Shown in pieces: positions 51,690 through 64,000 of a stretch of 64,000 bases of DNA. A model generated the notes under the pieces. The model did not search any database and was not told the DNA's origin. It saw only the letters and a list, made by a program, of their open reading frames with translations. The stretch's first letter is position 1. Every line of letters starts with the position of its first letter. The stretch comes from Eledone cirrhosa (taxonomy: Eukaryota). Location: positions 352,222,001-352,286,000 of the forward strand of contig OZ024741.1 in assembly GCA_964016885.1 (NCBI GenBank). Reading direction: 5' to 3'. The translations under genes and the position numbers were made by a program.

Positions 51690-53460
51690 TCCACCAATAT
51701 AGCCATACACGGATAAGATACAACATTAGACTGCTCAAGAATAAAGACACACAGGCAGCTTTCTGGATAAGCCTCTCAAACAGGTACCAGCCTCTACCAG
51801 AATTGATAGAATACAGTGGGACATTGAGACACGGTGGCAACACACCAAGAAACCCTGGCACAGCGCATGTGAAGAGGTTCTTGTCAAGAAGAAGACTCAG
51901 CACAAGGAAAGGATCTCTGCAGACACCATCCAGAAATTACAAGTAAGGAAAACAAGAAAGCCTCCCTGAATATGAACCAAACAAAGGTAGCCAAGGCAAG
52001 TTCACAGGAAGAGTACACAGTGGCTGACAAGGAAGTGAAAAGAAACATAAAAAAGGACAAGACAGACAACATCAACAACCTGATCAGTCTAACAGAAAGC
52101 AGCAGGACAGGGGGACCTGAAAGACCTGTATCAAGTGATCAAAAAGCTAGCAGGGAAATTCCAGTGGACAGAGAAGCCAGTGAAGGACAATAAACCCATT
52201 GACAACAACTGTGGGACAACTGAAACAATGGACAGAACACTTCAGGGAGCTGCTGAACCACCCACCCCATAAAGTCCCACCAGATATCCCCCCAATAGAG
52301 ACTCAACTACCCATCAACTATTACAAATCCCTCAAAAGTAGAGATCAAGAAAGCCATCCTGACACTGAAAAATTTGAAAGCTGCAGGGCCAGACAAAACA
52401 CCAGCAGAGGCTATCAAAGCAGACCTAGAGACAGCTGTCAATATGCAACACATCCTCTTCAGCAAGATCCAAACCCAGTAGAAGGAAGGGATCATCATCT
52501 AACTGCCGGAGAAAGATGACCTGAGGGACTGCAGCAACTACCAAGGGATCATGCTCCTCTCAGTTCCAGGAGAGGTTCTCAACAGAGTGCTTCTGTAGGG
52601 GATAAGGGAAGAAGCCGACCACAAGCTCTGGAATTAGCTGGTGGAATTCCATAGGAAGAGATCCTGTGCTGATCAGCTCACCAGCCTACGTGTCATTGCG
52701 GAGCAGTCACTGGAGTGGAATTCTCCACTCAACATAAACATCATAAACTACGAGAAAGCGTTCAACAGAGAGACACTGTTGAAGCTGCTGATGCAATGCA
52801 GAGTGCCTGGGAAGATTATCTCCCTCATTCGGTGCACTTACGAAAACATGAGGTGTAAGATAGCCCATGGCGGTCAACTGTCTGAGAGTCTCAAGGTGAA
52901 GACCAGAGTTTGTCAGGGGTGCTTGCTGTCACCGTTCCTCTTCCTCATTGCTTGGATAATGAAAACCACTTCAACAGACAGGAACAATGGTATATAGTGG
53001 ATACCCTGGACACAACTGAATGACCTGGCACTCTTGCCACACAGTTACAACCAGATACAGGACACAACCTCACGCTTGGAGACCACGTCAGCTGAGACAG
53101 GGCTAAAGATAAACAAACGGAAAACTGAGCTGACGAAGATCAACTCATCTAGCAACACACCAATCACAGTTGGTGGAGAGCAAATCAGAGAGGTGGAGTC
53201 ATTTGTCTACCTGGGAAGTGTGCTTGATCAACGTGAGGGAATGGCCGAGATGCCACAGCCAGGATTGGCAAGGGCAGAGAAACTTTCATCATGCTAAAAA
53301 ATGTCTAGGCATCAAAAGGGATCTGCCCAAGAACTAAATTTCATATCTACATGAAATGGCCAGAGAACATTGGAAACAAAGATCTGTGGGAGCGAGCAGG
53401 ATAGGACCCAGTGACAAAGCAGATTCTGTAGAGGAAGATAGGCTGGCCCCACGGCAGCTG
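51690..53460 (+). pseudogene. Decayed RTE/BovB-like LINE ORF2 (no PHD insert)
   Basis: KAAGPD, DCSNYQGIMLLSVPG, RSCADQLTSLRVIAEQSLEW, YEKAF, QGCLLSPFLFL, GLKINKRKT, VESFVYLGS across frameshifts and stops. Confidence 0.88.
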
Positions 53461-53599
53461 GAGGCATGACACTGAAGCTGAATTAAGAAAGTTGGAAGCC
53501 AGCTGGAGAGGAGTGGCAAGAGCAAAATCAGTTCCCGTCCCACCCTTGCAAGCAGGGGAAAGCGGACGTAAAATGAAATGATGATATATATATATATAT

Positions 53600-54200
53600 A
53601 TTGGAAAATGTGTGTAATTCTTAGTACAGTTAGGTATATTAAGACAGGGGGAGAAGAAAAAATGGCTTCACTTGTGCTTTCAACAAATTTATTTTCTTCA
53701 CAAAATCCAAAAAGAATTTTTCTTAAAAAAAATTATTTTATAAATTAAGTTGTTGGTTGTTGGTTAGGTCTTAGGAGTTCTTGGTTAACGTAGGAGGTAT
53801 TGTTTCGTTTTTAGAAAGACCTTTCACGCTGAGGTGCGCTTGGCAAACTGATGTGTATGTGGTGTGTTGTTCTATATATAGGGATTTAACATGTCTGTGG
53901 TGTGGTGGGGGTTTCTTTTCTCCCCCTTTAATAAGTGCATGGGTGTAGGTGTGTTGAAAAAGTGTTCACTCATTAGCAGTAATGAGTTGAGACGGTGAGT
54001 AAGGTTGGGTGGGGAGAAATGTAGCAAGTGCGGCCTGCCCCGGTCATTCTCGAAAAATTCCTTTATTCAGGGGAAAAAGCTTTTAGCATTGCTTTTCTGT
54101 TGAGAATGGTCACAGGCAAATCGCACCTGTCAAGTTTGTGAATAATTATTTTTTTCTTCTTTTTTCCTGAAGAATTTTTCTACGTCCATCCCAAAGTTAG
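53600..54200 (-). mobile_element. Possible highly decayed Penelope-like fragment
   Basis: Minus-strand remnants HRLNSLLLMSEHFFN and FFSP...THFP weakly resemble ORF 54908. Confidence 0.3.
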
Positions 54201-54495
54201 TCCCTTGTTCAACACACACATATGTGCGCATATACGTACATACACACACGGGCATATGTAGGAATATATAGGCACACACCATCAATCACACACCCATGCA
54301 CAAATACATCCACATACATACACAAAAACATATAGAGACACATATAAAAACACACATATACATACGTACACACACGAATATGTACTCATACCTCCACATG
54401 GGTATATATATATATATACATACACATACATACATATATATATATATACATATATATATACATACATATACACATACACACACATATACACACAC

Positions 54496-54584
<89 letters not shown>

Positions 54585-54779
54585 TATATACATACATATA
54601 CACACATAAAGATACATAACTAAATATACATATATACACATACACGCACACACACACGTGTATACACACACACACACACATATACATATGTCCGTATATA
54701 TACCCCTCCGTTCACACATACATGCATACACACACACATACATCTATATATATATACACATATAAAGAGAGGCATACAC

Positions 54780-54828
<49 letters not shown>

Positions 54829-54889
54829 GTATAGGATTATCCAAGATGCAGTGATGGTTAATTACTACACTGGATATGGTTGACGTACG

Positions 54890-56260
54890 GCGGAGGTCAC
54901 GGATCTCGTGGGAATTTACATAGCCCACATATTACATAGTAGATTTAGTAATCTACAGGGGGGGATATATAGAGATGACGGGCTCTTATTAGTTAATAAC
55001 TTGAATAACCAAAATCTTGAAAGGCTACGGAAAAATATTAGAAAATCTTTTAGTGAACTGGGCCTAAAAATAACATACGAATACAATCTTAAGGTAGTAA
55101 ACTTTCTGGACGTAACTCTTAATTTAAATACCGGACAGATACGACCCTTCCACAAGGTAAATGAGAACCTTACGTATATTAACTTTAACTCTAACCACCC
55201 ACTCTCCATGATCAAATCAGTTCCCCGGAGTATTTCTCTTAGAATCTCTCGCCTATCGTCTAACTCTGATATTTTTAGCGAACATGCTGAATACTACAAT
55301 AATGCATTAAGGAATGCTGACCACCGGGATACAATAGAATACATCGATAGTAATTTCCACAACACACATAGCTCTACACGTAATCAAGGTATACGTAACC
55401 GGGGGACTAAAACACAAGCACACACACACTATACTACCAGACATACTAATAATAGAAGTTCACCACCAAATAAATCACGTTGTAGAAAGTATATCTGGTA
55501 TAATCCTATTTTTAATGCCTCGATTAGTACAAAACTATCTCTTTCATTCTTTAAATTAATCAATAAACACTTCCCTAGTTCCCATAAGTACAGCAAAATT
55601 CTGAACTCCAAAACTATTAGACTATCATACTCCACGGCACCAAACCTTGAGGCATACATAAAAAAACTTAACTTAAGGCAATTAAACAACTCTACAAAAC
55701 AAAACATTTTAGTAACAGGTGGGCAGAACGCAATATCTGCCTCCCAACCACTAAATGGGAGACGGATATTGCACAACCCACCTGTACCGCTATCACAACC
55801 TATCCATGGTATACCCGCTACCCACAACAAAGCATGTAACTGCCACCTACCTGAAAGATGTCCATTGCAGAATGAATGCCTAAAGTCCAACATTGTTTAC
55901 CAATGCACGGTTGAATCGGACGACCAGAAATGGTATTATATCGGATCTACCACCACATCGTTTAAATCTCGCTGGTACCGTCATCGATTCTCAATCAAAC
56001 ATCAGAATCACCGTTTTGTGACCACGCTCGCCAACAAGACCTGGCAACTCCGTGAACACAACCAACAGTTCACCTTAAAATGGGATATACTTTCCAGCGC
56101 AAATGCATATCGGAGTGGTCTGAAGTACTGCAGGTTATGTAACCTTGAGCTATTTTACATACTAAAATCCAAAAACAAACTACTTAACGATAGAATTGAA
56201 CGATCATTATACTGCAACCACAAACTAAAAGCTAAATTCTCTCACTATAAAATAACTTAA
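54890..56260 (+). CDS. 5'-truncated Penelope-like (Naiad-type) RT-thumb-GIY-YIG ORF
   Basis: AEVTDLVG, YRDDG, VNFLDVTL, SNHP, WYNP, CNCxxxxxCPL linker, NIVY...YYIGST, FKSRW..H, CRLCNLE; frame open to stop. Confidence 0.92.
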   Translation, partial: AEVTDLVGIYIAHILHSRFSNLQGGIYRDDGLLLVNNLNNQNLERLRKNIRKSFSELGLKITYEYNLKVVNFLDVTLNLNTGQIRPFHKVNENLTYINFNSNHPLSMIKSVPRSISLRISRLSSNSDIFSEHAEYYNNALRNADHRDTIEYIDSNFHNTHSSTRNQGIRNRGTKTQAHTHYTTRHTNNRSSPPNKSRCRKYIWYNPIFNASISTKLSLSFFKLINKHFPSSHKYSKILNSKTIRLSYSTAPNLEAYIKKLNLRQLNNSTKQNILVTGGQNAISASQPLNGRRILHNPPVPLSQPIHGIPATHNKACNCHLPERCPLQNECLKSNIVYQCTVESDDQKWYYIGSTTTSFKSRWYRHRFSIKHQNHRFVTTLANKTWQLREHNQQFTLKWDILSSANAYRSGLKYCRLCNLELFYILKSKNKLLNDRIERSLYCNHKLKAKFSHYKIT

Positions 56261-56755
56261 CATTCGAACCCGTAACTACAACACCACTTTCTAGCTAACA
56301 ACCTTCTCTTCTCCCCCACACTACAAGACAATACACTGCTTATCACTATACATGGTAACTCAGTACAATTCCTAGATTACTACTACAAAACCAAAAGTTC
56401 ACTCACCACATATACTTTATCTGTCCCCTCTCTACCTATATATCTCTCTCTACATCCATTACACTCTCTCTCTCTCTCACCTTTGACCTACCTCCCTCTC
56501 AACATCTATGAACTTGACCTCTGGGGCAATAAATAATTCCGACCTCAACTATCTATGCATCTCTCCAAAAGTAACTAATAAAACCCCTACCATAACATTT
56601 TGATTAAGATATCTACAAGCCACTCTCTCCTACTTCTCCAACCCCTGCATATCTTTCCTTCTCTCTCCATCTTCCCTACTTTTCTCTCTTCCTGTTCCAC
56701 TCTATCTTCCCCAACAACCCCACTTAAGGGTTTTTACATTGTATATTTACCATTC

Positions 56756-56867
56756 TGCTCTGAGGAAACAGTGGTCACAGCATTGGATATTCGAGTTCTG
56801 CAAATACTTGTGAATTTGCACGTAGCGGAACTAGGCTGCAGTACCACCGTGGAAACACTTGTAAGCA
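56756..56867 (+). ncRNA. Type I hammerhead with ~85-nt stem II domain, in pLTR of the Penelope element
   Basis: TGCT-CTGAGGA-A-ACAGTGGT...ACCACCGT-G-GAAAC-ACTT-GTA-AGCA, then AATAAA and a TA tract. Confidence 0.75.
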
Positions 56868-56914
56868 CACGGAATAAACTACCTTTTTATGATGTCTACC
56901 TGTTATTATTCATT

Positions 56915-56975
<61 letters not shown>

Positions 56976-57141
56976 CATACACACACACATACATATATGT
57001 ACACATAAACACATACATACACATACACACATATACACATACATATATATCCATATATATATATATATACACATACATATACACATATATATATACACAT
57101 ACATACACATACACATACATACACATACATACACATACATG

Positions 57142-57195
<54 letters not shown>

Positions 57196-57466
57196 CATAT
57201 ATATACACATACACACATACATACACACATACATATATATATATATATATATGTGCGTACACACGAGCACATAAAGACACATATACACATACACATATAT
57301 ATACACATATATATACATATATATACACATACATCTACATACATACATACATATACACAAACAGAAACATACACATATATACATATATGCACATACATAC
57401 ACACACACACACATATATATAGGTACATACACATACATACACACACACATAAACATACATATCTAT

Positions 57467-57511
<45 letters not shown>

Positions 57512-57564
57512 TATATACAAACATACACATACATACATGTACATATACACATATATACACACAT

Positions 57565-57595
<31 letters not shown>

Positions 57596-57775
57596 CATAT
57601 ATATATACACATACACACACACACACACATACATATATACCCACACGTACATACATCCATACATCCCTACACACACATATGTGTGTGTTTCACCGTTCAC
57701 TCAGATATTCATGTGTATACATAAGAGGGGGGGGGGGGGGGTAGTGACATTGAATTTTACCTCCGAGTGTTAATT

Positions 57776-57846
<71 letters not shown>

Positions 57847-58039
57847 GTGTGTGTGTGTGTGTTTATCCTGGGTTCAATCAGGGGAAACCACAGTAAGTAA
57901 GGTACTCCATACATAGTAGAGTATATACAGTATTTAATATAGAATTGGCCAATCGGAGATAACCATATATGTGTGTGTGTGTGTTTATATATATATATGG
58001 GGGTGGTGGCCTTGTGGTAAAGAGATTGGACTTGCAATC

Positions 58040-58080
<41 letters not shown>

Positions 58081-58178
58081 CATACATGTAGCATTAATGG
58101 CGTTGCCCCAGCATGGCCTCGATCTATTAGGTGGAACACATTATAGAGTAATATATATATCATTATGGTCATCGTCAT

Positions 58179-60605
58179 TTAACCCTTTAGCATTCCCATT
58201 AATTTTCAAACGTCATGCTTATCTGTTCGCATTATTTTCAGTTAATCATACTCAAGAGGGTTATCAATTTTATTTGTTTGTAATTTTCTTAATTTTCTAT
58301 GTGCAGGCTTGAAATTTTGTCAGTAGAGGTTTAAATATCAATAATTTACAATTATATAATTTTACCTGATTTTTTTGGGGTCAAATTTGACTTTTATGGG
58401 CAGGTGAAATTAATTAATAGGGGCATTTGAAGTATCAACCAGGTGCAAATACTGGTTTAATTTTAAATACGTTGTTTTCGGCATAATATTGATATATAAG
58501 GATCACTAAACCTTATATCAGTGTTCCAGTAATTCCACAGTCTTGAAAAATTGTTTTATACCGAGTCCACCAGTGCTCTGTTCTTAGCCCTCTCCTGTTC
58601 ATCATAGTTCTGCAGGCAATAACGGAGGAGTTTAAGACCGGATGCTCATGGGAACTCCTGTATGCAGATGACCTCGCACTTATAGCTGAATCTATGGTAG
58701 AACTAGAGAAGAAATTCCAAACTTGGAAGCAGGTACTAGAAAGAAAGGGTCTCAAAGTCAACCTGACAAAGACTAAGGTCCTTGTAAGTAGACGAGAAAA
58801 CAGAACCCAGATCCCCTCAGGGAAATGGCCTTGCTCGGTATGTAGGAAAGGTGTAGGTAGGAACTCCATTCTCTCCCGCAAATGCAAACAATGGGTACAC
58901 AAGAGATGTAGCAGGATCTCAGGAAGCTTAATTAAGAATGTAGGCTTCACATGTAGCAGCTGTGCTAGGACAGCAAGCAGCAAACAGCCACAGGAAACAA
59001 GTACACACCAATCTCTGGGAGGGCTCTGTAGAAGCAGTAGACAGCTTCTGCTACCTAGGTGACCGAATTAGCAGCAGAGGTGGGTGTTCAGAAAGTACAC
59101 TAACAAGGGTAAGAACAGGATGGAAGAAGTTCAGGGGGCTACCGCCACTGCTAGCTGCAAAAGGCTTTTCCCTCACAATGAAAAGCAGACTCTATGATGC
59201 GTGTATACGAACAGCAATGTTACATGGTAGTGCGACCTGGGCGCTGAAGGTGGAAGACTTACATAGATTAGAAAGAAACGAAGCCTGCATGCTCCAATGG
59301 ATGTGTAATAGTAATATACGCGAACGGCAAAGCATAAATGAATTGAGAGAGAGACTGAGCATGAGAGGAATCAAATGCTCTGTGCAGGAGAGGCGGTTGC
59401 GTTGGTATGGACATGTGATGCATATGAAGGATGACAACTGCATAAAAAGGTGCAGAGCACTAGAAGTCAATGGAAACCGCGGAGTGGGGAGACCCAAGAA
59501 GACCTGGGATGAGGTGATAAAAGCCGACCTTACCCAATTATACCTCTGGCGTCACACAGTAATACAGAGTACCCGACTTCCCATGGATACAAGCCGAAGC
59601 TGAAGCATATAGACAATATGCCCCTACACCCTCCCACTGCAAAGTGGTCGTGGAGGTGCCACGGCAAAAAAGCACCCAGCCCACACTGTAAAGTGGACAT
59701 GTAGGCGCCACGGAAAAAAAGCACCCAGAACTCACTGTAAATGAGGTTGGTGTTAGGAAGGGCATCCAGCTGTAGAAAGCAAGCCAAAATCAGTTCCTGT
59801 ATGAGCAAGACAAGGTCAGCCGACCAGACACTGCCCACAACAGGACAACCCGTCTAACCCATGCTAGCATGGAAGAACGGATGTAAAACGGTGATGGTGA
59901 TGACCGAACATAATATTTATGCTAAAAAATGCTTGCATTTCCTCAGCATCTGTAAGTCGCCAAACAGATCGGGTTTTCCTTGATTTAAAATCTATTGTTG
60001 GGTATATTGATTATTCTCTTCTACCACAACTTCGAAGAAAGTTTGTGGTAAAAACAGAAAAAAGTAATCCAGTGCTTTAGCATTGGGAGCTAATGTGTTG
60101 TGGAGCAGTATTTTGAATAAAATCGGGAACATATATTAGTGTGGTATTTTTCAACCACCTTGCTGTAATATTTTCAATGGCGCCCTGGAGACCTCCTTTG
60201 TTTTCACTTTCAAAACAATCATCGTTGGACGAAATTTCAGAAATATAAACATCAGATTCATTTGAAGATAAATCACTAATATAATCGTTTGTTTCTTGTT
60301 TATTCTGAATGTCATCGTGTGTAAAACCTTCAAAGTCGGTATCGCTACTTTCATAAGCCATGTTGATACAAAAATAAATTTGTTGCACTTTCAAAGTTAA
60401 CAAAACAGTTATTGTTTTAAGTTGTTCCACTATATTAAGTGTTAATTTTCGCGGTAAGGGCCTAATCTCGCAGCAATCTCGAATTGATGAGATTTTGATG
60501 ATGGTTTGTTTATTTCTAGAATGATTTTTTAGTGTGGGTGTTTTCGAGCGGTTTGAACAAATGAAGGGGAAATAATTTTGGCTGGTTTGAACACTAAAGG
60601 GTTAA
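58179..60605 (-). mobile_element. Internally deleted piggyBac transposon carrying a nested RTE
   Basis: TTAA|CCCTTTAG ... CTAAAGGG|TTAA; minus strand 59905-60362 encodes acidic N-terminus MAYESSDTDFEGF... and, after a frameshift, FFLFLPQTFFEVVVEENNQY..MQAFFSINIMFG. Confidence 0.8.
58562..59902 (+). mobile_element. RTE LINE family B, 5'-truncated, frameshifted
   Basis: [22 protein letters not shown]-like finger, RRLRWYGHV, 3'UTR, GATGGTGATG tail. Confidence 0.9.
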
Positions 60606-61950
60606 TGTCCATTTTCCACGCTAGTATGAAGTTGACAGGTTGCCCCGTTGTGACACAAGCCGCGACTTGTTCATGCAGGACTCATTTCGGCTTAGTTTCT
60701 ACAGGTAGATGCCCTTCCTAACACCAATCACATTCAAAGTATGTGCTAGGTACTTTTTACCGTGTCACCTAAACAACCACCTTACAGTGTCTGCTGGACA
60801 GATTTTGTCGTGACATCTACACGACCACTTTACAGTATGGGCTGGGTGCCTTTTGTCATGGCAATTTCATGCCCATATATATAAATATCATCATCATCAT
60901 TGCCGTCTTTTTCATCTGCTTTTCCATGCTTGTATGGGGTGAATGGGTCCTTCTGAGCACTGCATCACTCCAAAAGTCGCGATCCTTTGTCATTGCTTCT
61001 GTGAGTTTCAATTATTTGAGATCAGCTCTCACAAACTCTGCTCAGGTCTTTTTGGTCTACCTCTACCGCAACTTCCTTCCACTGGCATTTTCTGGCACTT
61101 ATCTAGGGATTATTGTCCATGCGTATCACATGTCCAAACCAATGCAGTCTCCTCTCCTCCACACTATACCTCGAATTCTTCTTCAACTCATCCAAGCTCT
61201 GCCTCTTTCTCACACTTATATTACGCATCCATTGGAGCATGTTTCCTTCATTTCTCTCATGTCTACACACATCCACTCCAATCACAGTCCATGTTTAACT
61301 ATCATGCAGCATCATACTTCACACACAGTCATCTTTTTGTACATAGGGACTGAACTTTTTCCATCCTATCCTTATTCCAGCTATTATGTTCTCAGAGCAC
61401 CTTCCTCCATTGCTAATTACATTGCCTAGATAACAGAAGCTATCAACTACTTCTATGGGTCCTTCTTGTGACTGGAACAGGCTTACATTACTGGTTATCT
61501 TCCCCTCGGTTACCCCTGTGCATCCTCTATAAACAAAGTCTTCCCTTCCTGTTAGCTTATTCGTTATCCCACTACATCTCTTGTATACCCAAGATGTACA
61601 TTGTGTACATCGTATCGAGTTTATGCCTACTCCCTTTCTATATATTGAGTAGGATTACTTCCCTGATTCTATATATTGAGTAGGATTACTTCCCTGATTC
61701 TATATTTAGTTTCAATAGTTGGAACTTCTTTTCTATGTCTTTAATGAATTCAACTAAAAGGACCAGATCATCTGCATAGAGAAGTTCCCATGGGCAGCTG
61801 GTCTTAAACTCCTGTTATAGCTTGGAGGACTTTAATGAATAGTAGTGAACTCATACTTGTACCTTGGATTTCTCACTAAACTCATTTCCTACTCCCATTT
61901 TGCTGATAGCTCCTTTGTACATGGCTTGCACTGTTCTCACTGTAGTTGCC
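60606..61950 (-). mobile_element. Decayed RTE LINE(s) with 3'UTR/tails
   Basis: [12 protein letters not shown] at ~61760-61810; ERRLHWFGHVIRM at ~61120; UTR modules 60700-60860. Confidence 0.8.
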
Positions 61951-61958
61951 TTAGCCTA

Positions 61959-62021
<63 letters not shown>

Positions 62022-62038
62022 CATATGTGTAATTTATA

Positions 62039-63130
62039 TACAAGGTGCGGATGCTATTCGTTCGCAAGATAACTTTTGGGGAAAAAAGAACACTTTTTTT
62101 ATAGATGTATTCACCAAACTTGAGTCAGTTTTTCTTCATGACATGTTCTATCAATCTCACTTGATGAACCTGCTTTCAGCTTTGATGACACCCTCGTAAC
62201 TGGCCACAGGCCTTCTTCACTGTCTTGCGACTGAGGCTTCTGAAGGCCCTGGTGATCTTGACACTTACCTCATCCTTCATATTGCAGCTGGATCTGTTGG
62301 TTTCTCCTTCCACGACGTTACACACAAATATGTAAAGTGGGTTGCAGCCAGGCGAGTTGGAAGGCCAAATGTCAGACGCAGTGTGGTCAAAGAAGTCTCT
62401 GATAGCTAGGCCTGGGTTTTCCGGTTGATCCAAGGCTTTGACACCTTGTTCAGAACGCAGATATAGTCATCTGTGTTCAGCCTAAGGCTGACCGAGAAGA
62501 AGTGAGGTGGCATGACATCACCTTTACTGCTGACGACTTGGAAGACCATGATTGCCGCTGAAAACTTTGTCTGTATGACTCTGGGCACATCATTGGGTGA
62601 GACAGCAAGCCACGTCATATTCTGGGAGTTGATCTTCTGGTCTTAGCAGAAGTTCTTCTTGTCAGAGAAGAACCACAGCATGTTTGACTCCAGCAGGTGC
62701 TTCAACTTGTTGATCAGCTTCTTGGTGTGCTTGAGTCACTTTTCCTGTATCGCTGTGGACAGAAATTATCCCTTCCTCATTTTGCATTAAAATTAGCAAA
62801 TGCCCTCATGCACCACCAGCCTGATGAACTTTTCATCCACATATTTCTCCCTTGTAATGGTATGCATTTACTTACTGGGATCATTGTTGATGATCTCCTA
62901 GATTTAAGTGATGAATTCCAGCATTCTTACACCATCAGATCATCGATCATGGGCTTTCCACTCTGTTATTACCTCATAGTCAAATCCTGAATCTTCCAGC
63001 TCCTTTTTTTACCTTTTCCACCACCCTTCTACTGATGCTGAGGAAGTCTGAAATCCACTTGTTTGTCCTTTTGGCACAGATTCCAAGGAGAACTCTGTCT
63101 CTTTCATAAATTAGGGAGTTTGAAATTGTC
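62039..63130 (-). pseudogene. Decayed Tc1/mariner-superfamily (DD37D/maT-like) transposase
   Basis: WFFSDKKNF, TKF.AAIMVF.VVSSKGDVMPPHFF, WPSNSPGCNPL. Confidence 0.8.
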
Positions 63131-63323
63131 CATAGTCAATTATTCTGCAAAACCGAATACAAAAATGGGTACTGTTTTCAAACAAAAAAGACCTACAACA
63201 AAAGTAAAAAATACATGTACAATTAGCAGTTGAAAATTGTGAACGACTACTGTCTGTACCCTATATATATATATATATGCATGTATGTATATATATATAT
63301 ATACATACATGCATACATACATA

Positions 63324-64000
63324 TACAGAGTGATCGGGCGAAATTTGAGTGGTGTTAAGGGGAAAAATAAATTTATTGGAAAAATAGAAAGTGGCATAAA
63401 GATTAAAGCAATCAAAAGAAAATAATTCACTCAAAGAAGCTGCCCTCAGCATCCACTGCAGCCTCATTCTGGTTCTGGAATCTTGCACACAGCCATCTTG
63501 GTGTCCTTAGGGAGGTCCTTAAACGTCTCCTTAATCTTGTTGATTAGCTGGGTCTTGGTGTTATAGGCAATGTGATTGGTGTCTTTCTCAACCACACCTC
63601 ACACGAAAAAATCTATAGTTTTGCAATAAGGGGGGGGGGTTAGAGGGTCAAAAGTTTGGACTGGTAAAGTCATATAAATTCTCTGACCACCATTTCTGAG
63701 TCTTCCCAGAGTTGTTGCAGGGTGCTGGATCTTGCCACACATATGGTCTTCCAGAAACCACCCTTTCCAACCAAGGCTTAACCATGGTAATCAACAACTC
63801 CACTTGAGCTTGAGATGCTGTTCAAAGATGTGAACTGGCATGGCATCATCCTCACTGAGAACACATCCCAAAACCATTACAATATGGGGAAACTTGGTCT
63901 TCATAACACAAGGAATGTCATTTTGATTGTAGGCAAGCCATCTGTTATTCTGGGTGTCGTGCATGGTCCTGACAAAAATTCTTTTCTTCAAAGAAGAACC
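63324..64000 (-). pseudogene. Second DD37D/maT-like transposon remnant (runs off window)
   Basis: QNNRWLAY...VMKTKFPHIVMVLGCV.SE.DAMP.HIF; TA|CAGAGTGATC terminus. Confidence 0.75.

Noticed and set aside
54826-56760. Selenocysteine recoding/SECIS as reported for some Naiad elements
   Set aside because: No in-frame TGA within the homologous ORF; TGA at 54881 lies beyond the apparent truncation point; no clear SECIS seen
61641-61706. 31-bp exact tandem duplication
   Set aside because: Local slippage inside a dead RTE; no functional signal

Overview
Eukaryotic, very AT-rich, repeat-dominated DNA; the repeat repertoire (tRNA/CORE-type SINEs with (ATG)n tails, RTE LINEs, multi-kb (TA)n arrays) suggests a cephalopod such as Octopus (inference). 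The only host gene I can support is CtBP (C-terminal binding protein) on the + strand: two clear internal exons (40026-40157, 44102-44272) plus a candidate 51-nt in-frame cassette exon (36612-36662). No upstream CtBP exon was found, so the first ~36 kb appears intronic. That region consists of kb-scale TA-rich microsatellites packed with RTE LINE fragments (RT carrying a PHD-like finger), a non-autonomous RTE-derived family, SINEs, Helitrons and many Penelope-like terminal repeats. At least 11 type-I hammerhead ribozyme motifs from about 8 unrelated sequence families can be folded by eye, including a recurrent U4A core variant and a two-ribozyme inverted element. The 3' half holds piggyBac, mariner, pogo-type and DD37D-like DNA transposon remnants and a Naiad-type Penelope ORF. 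Almost all long ORFs in the supplied track are microsatellite artefacts.
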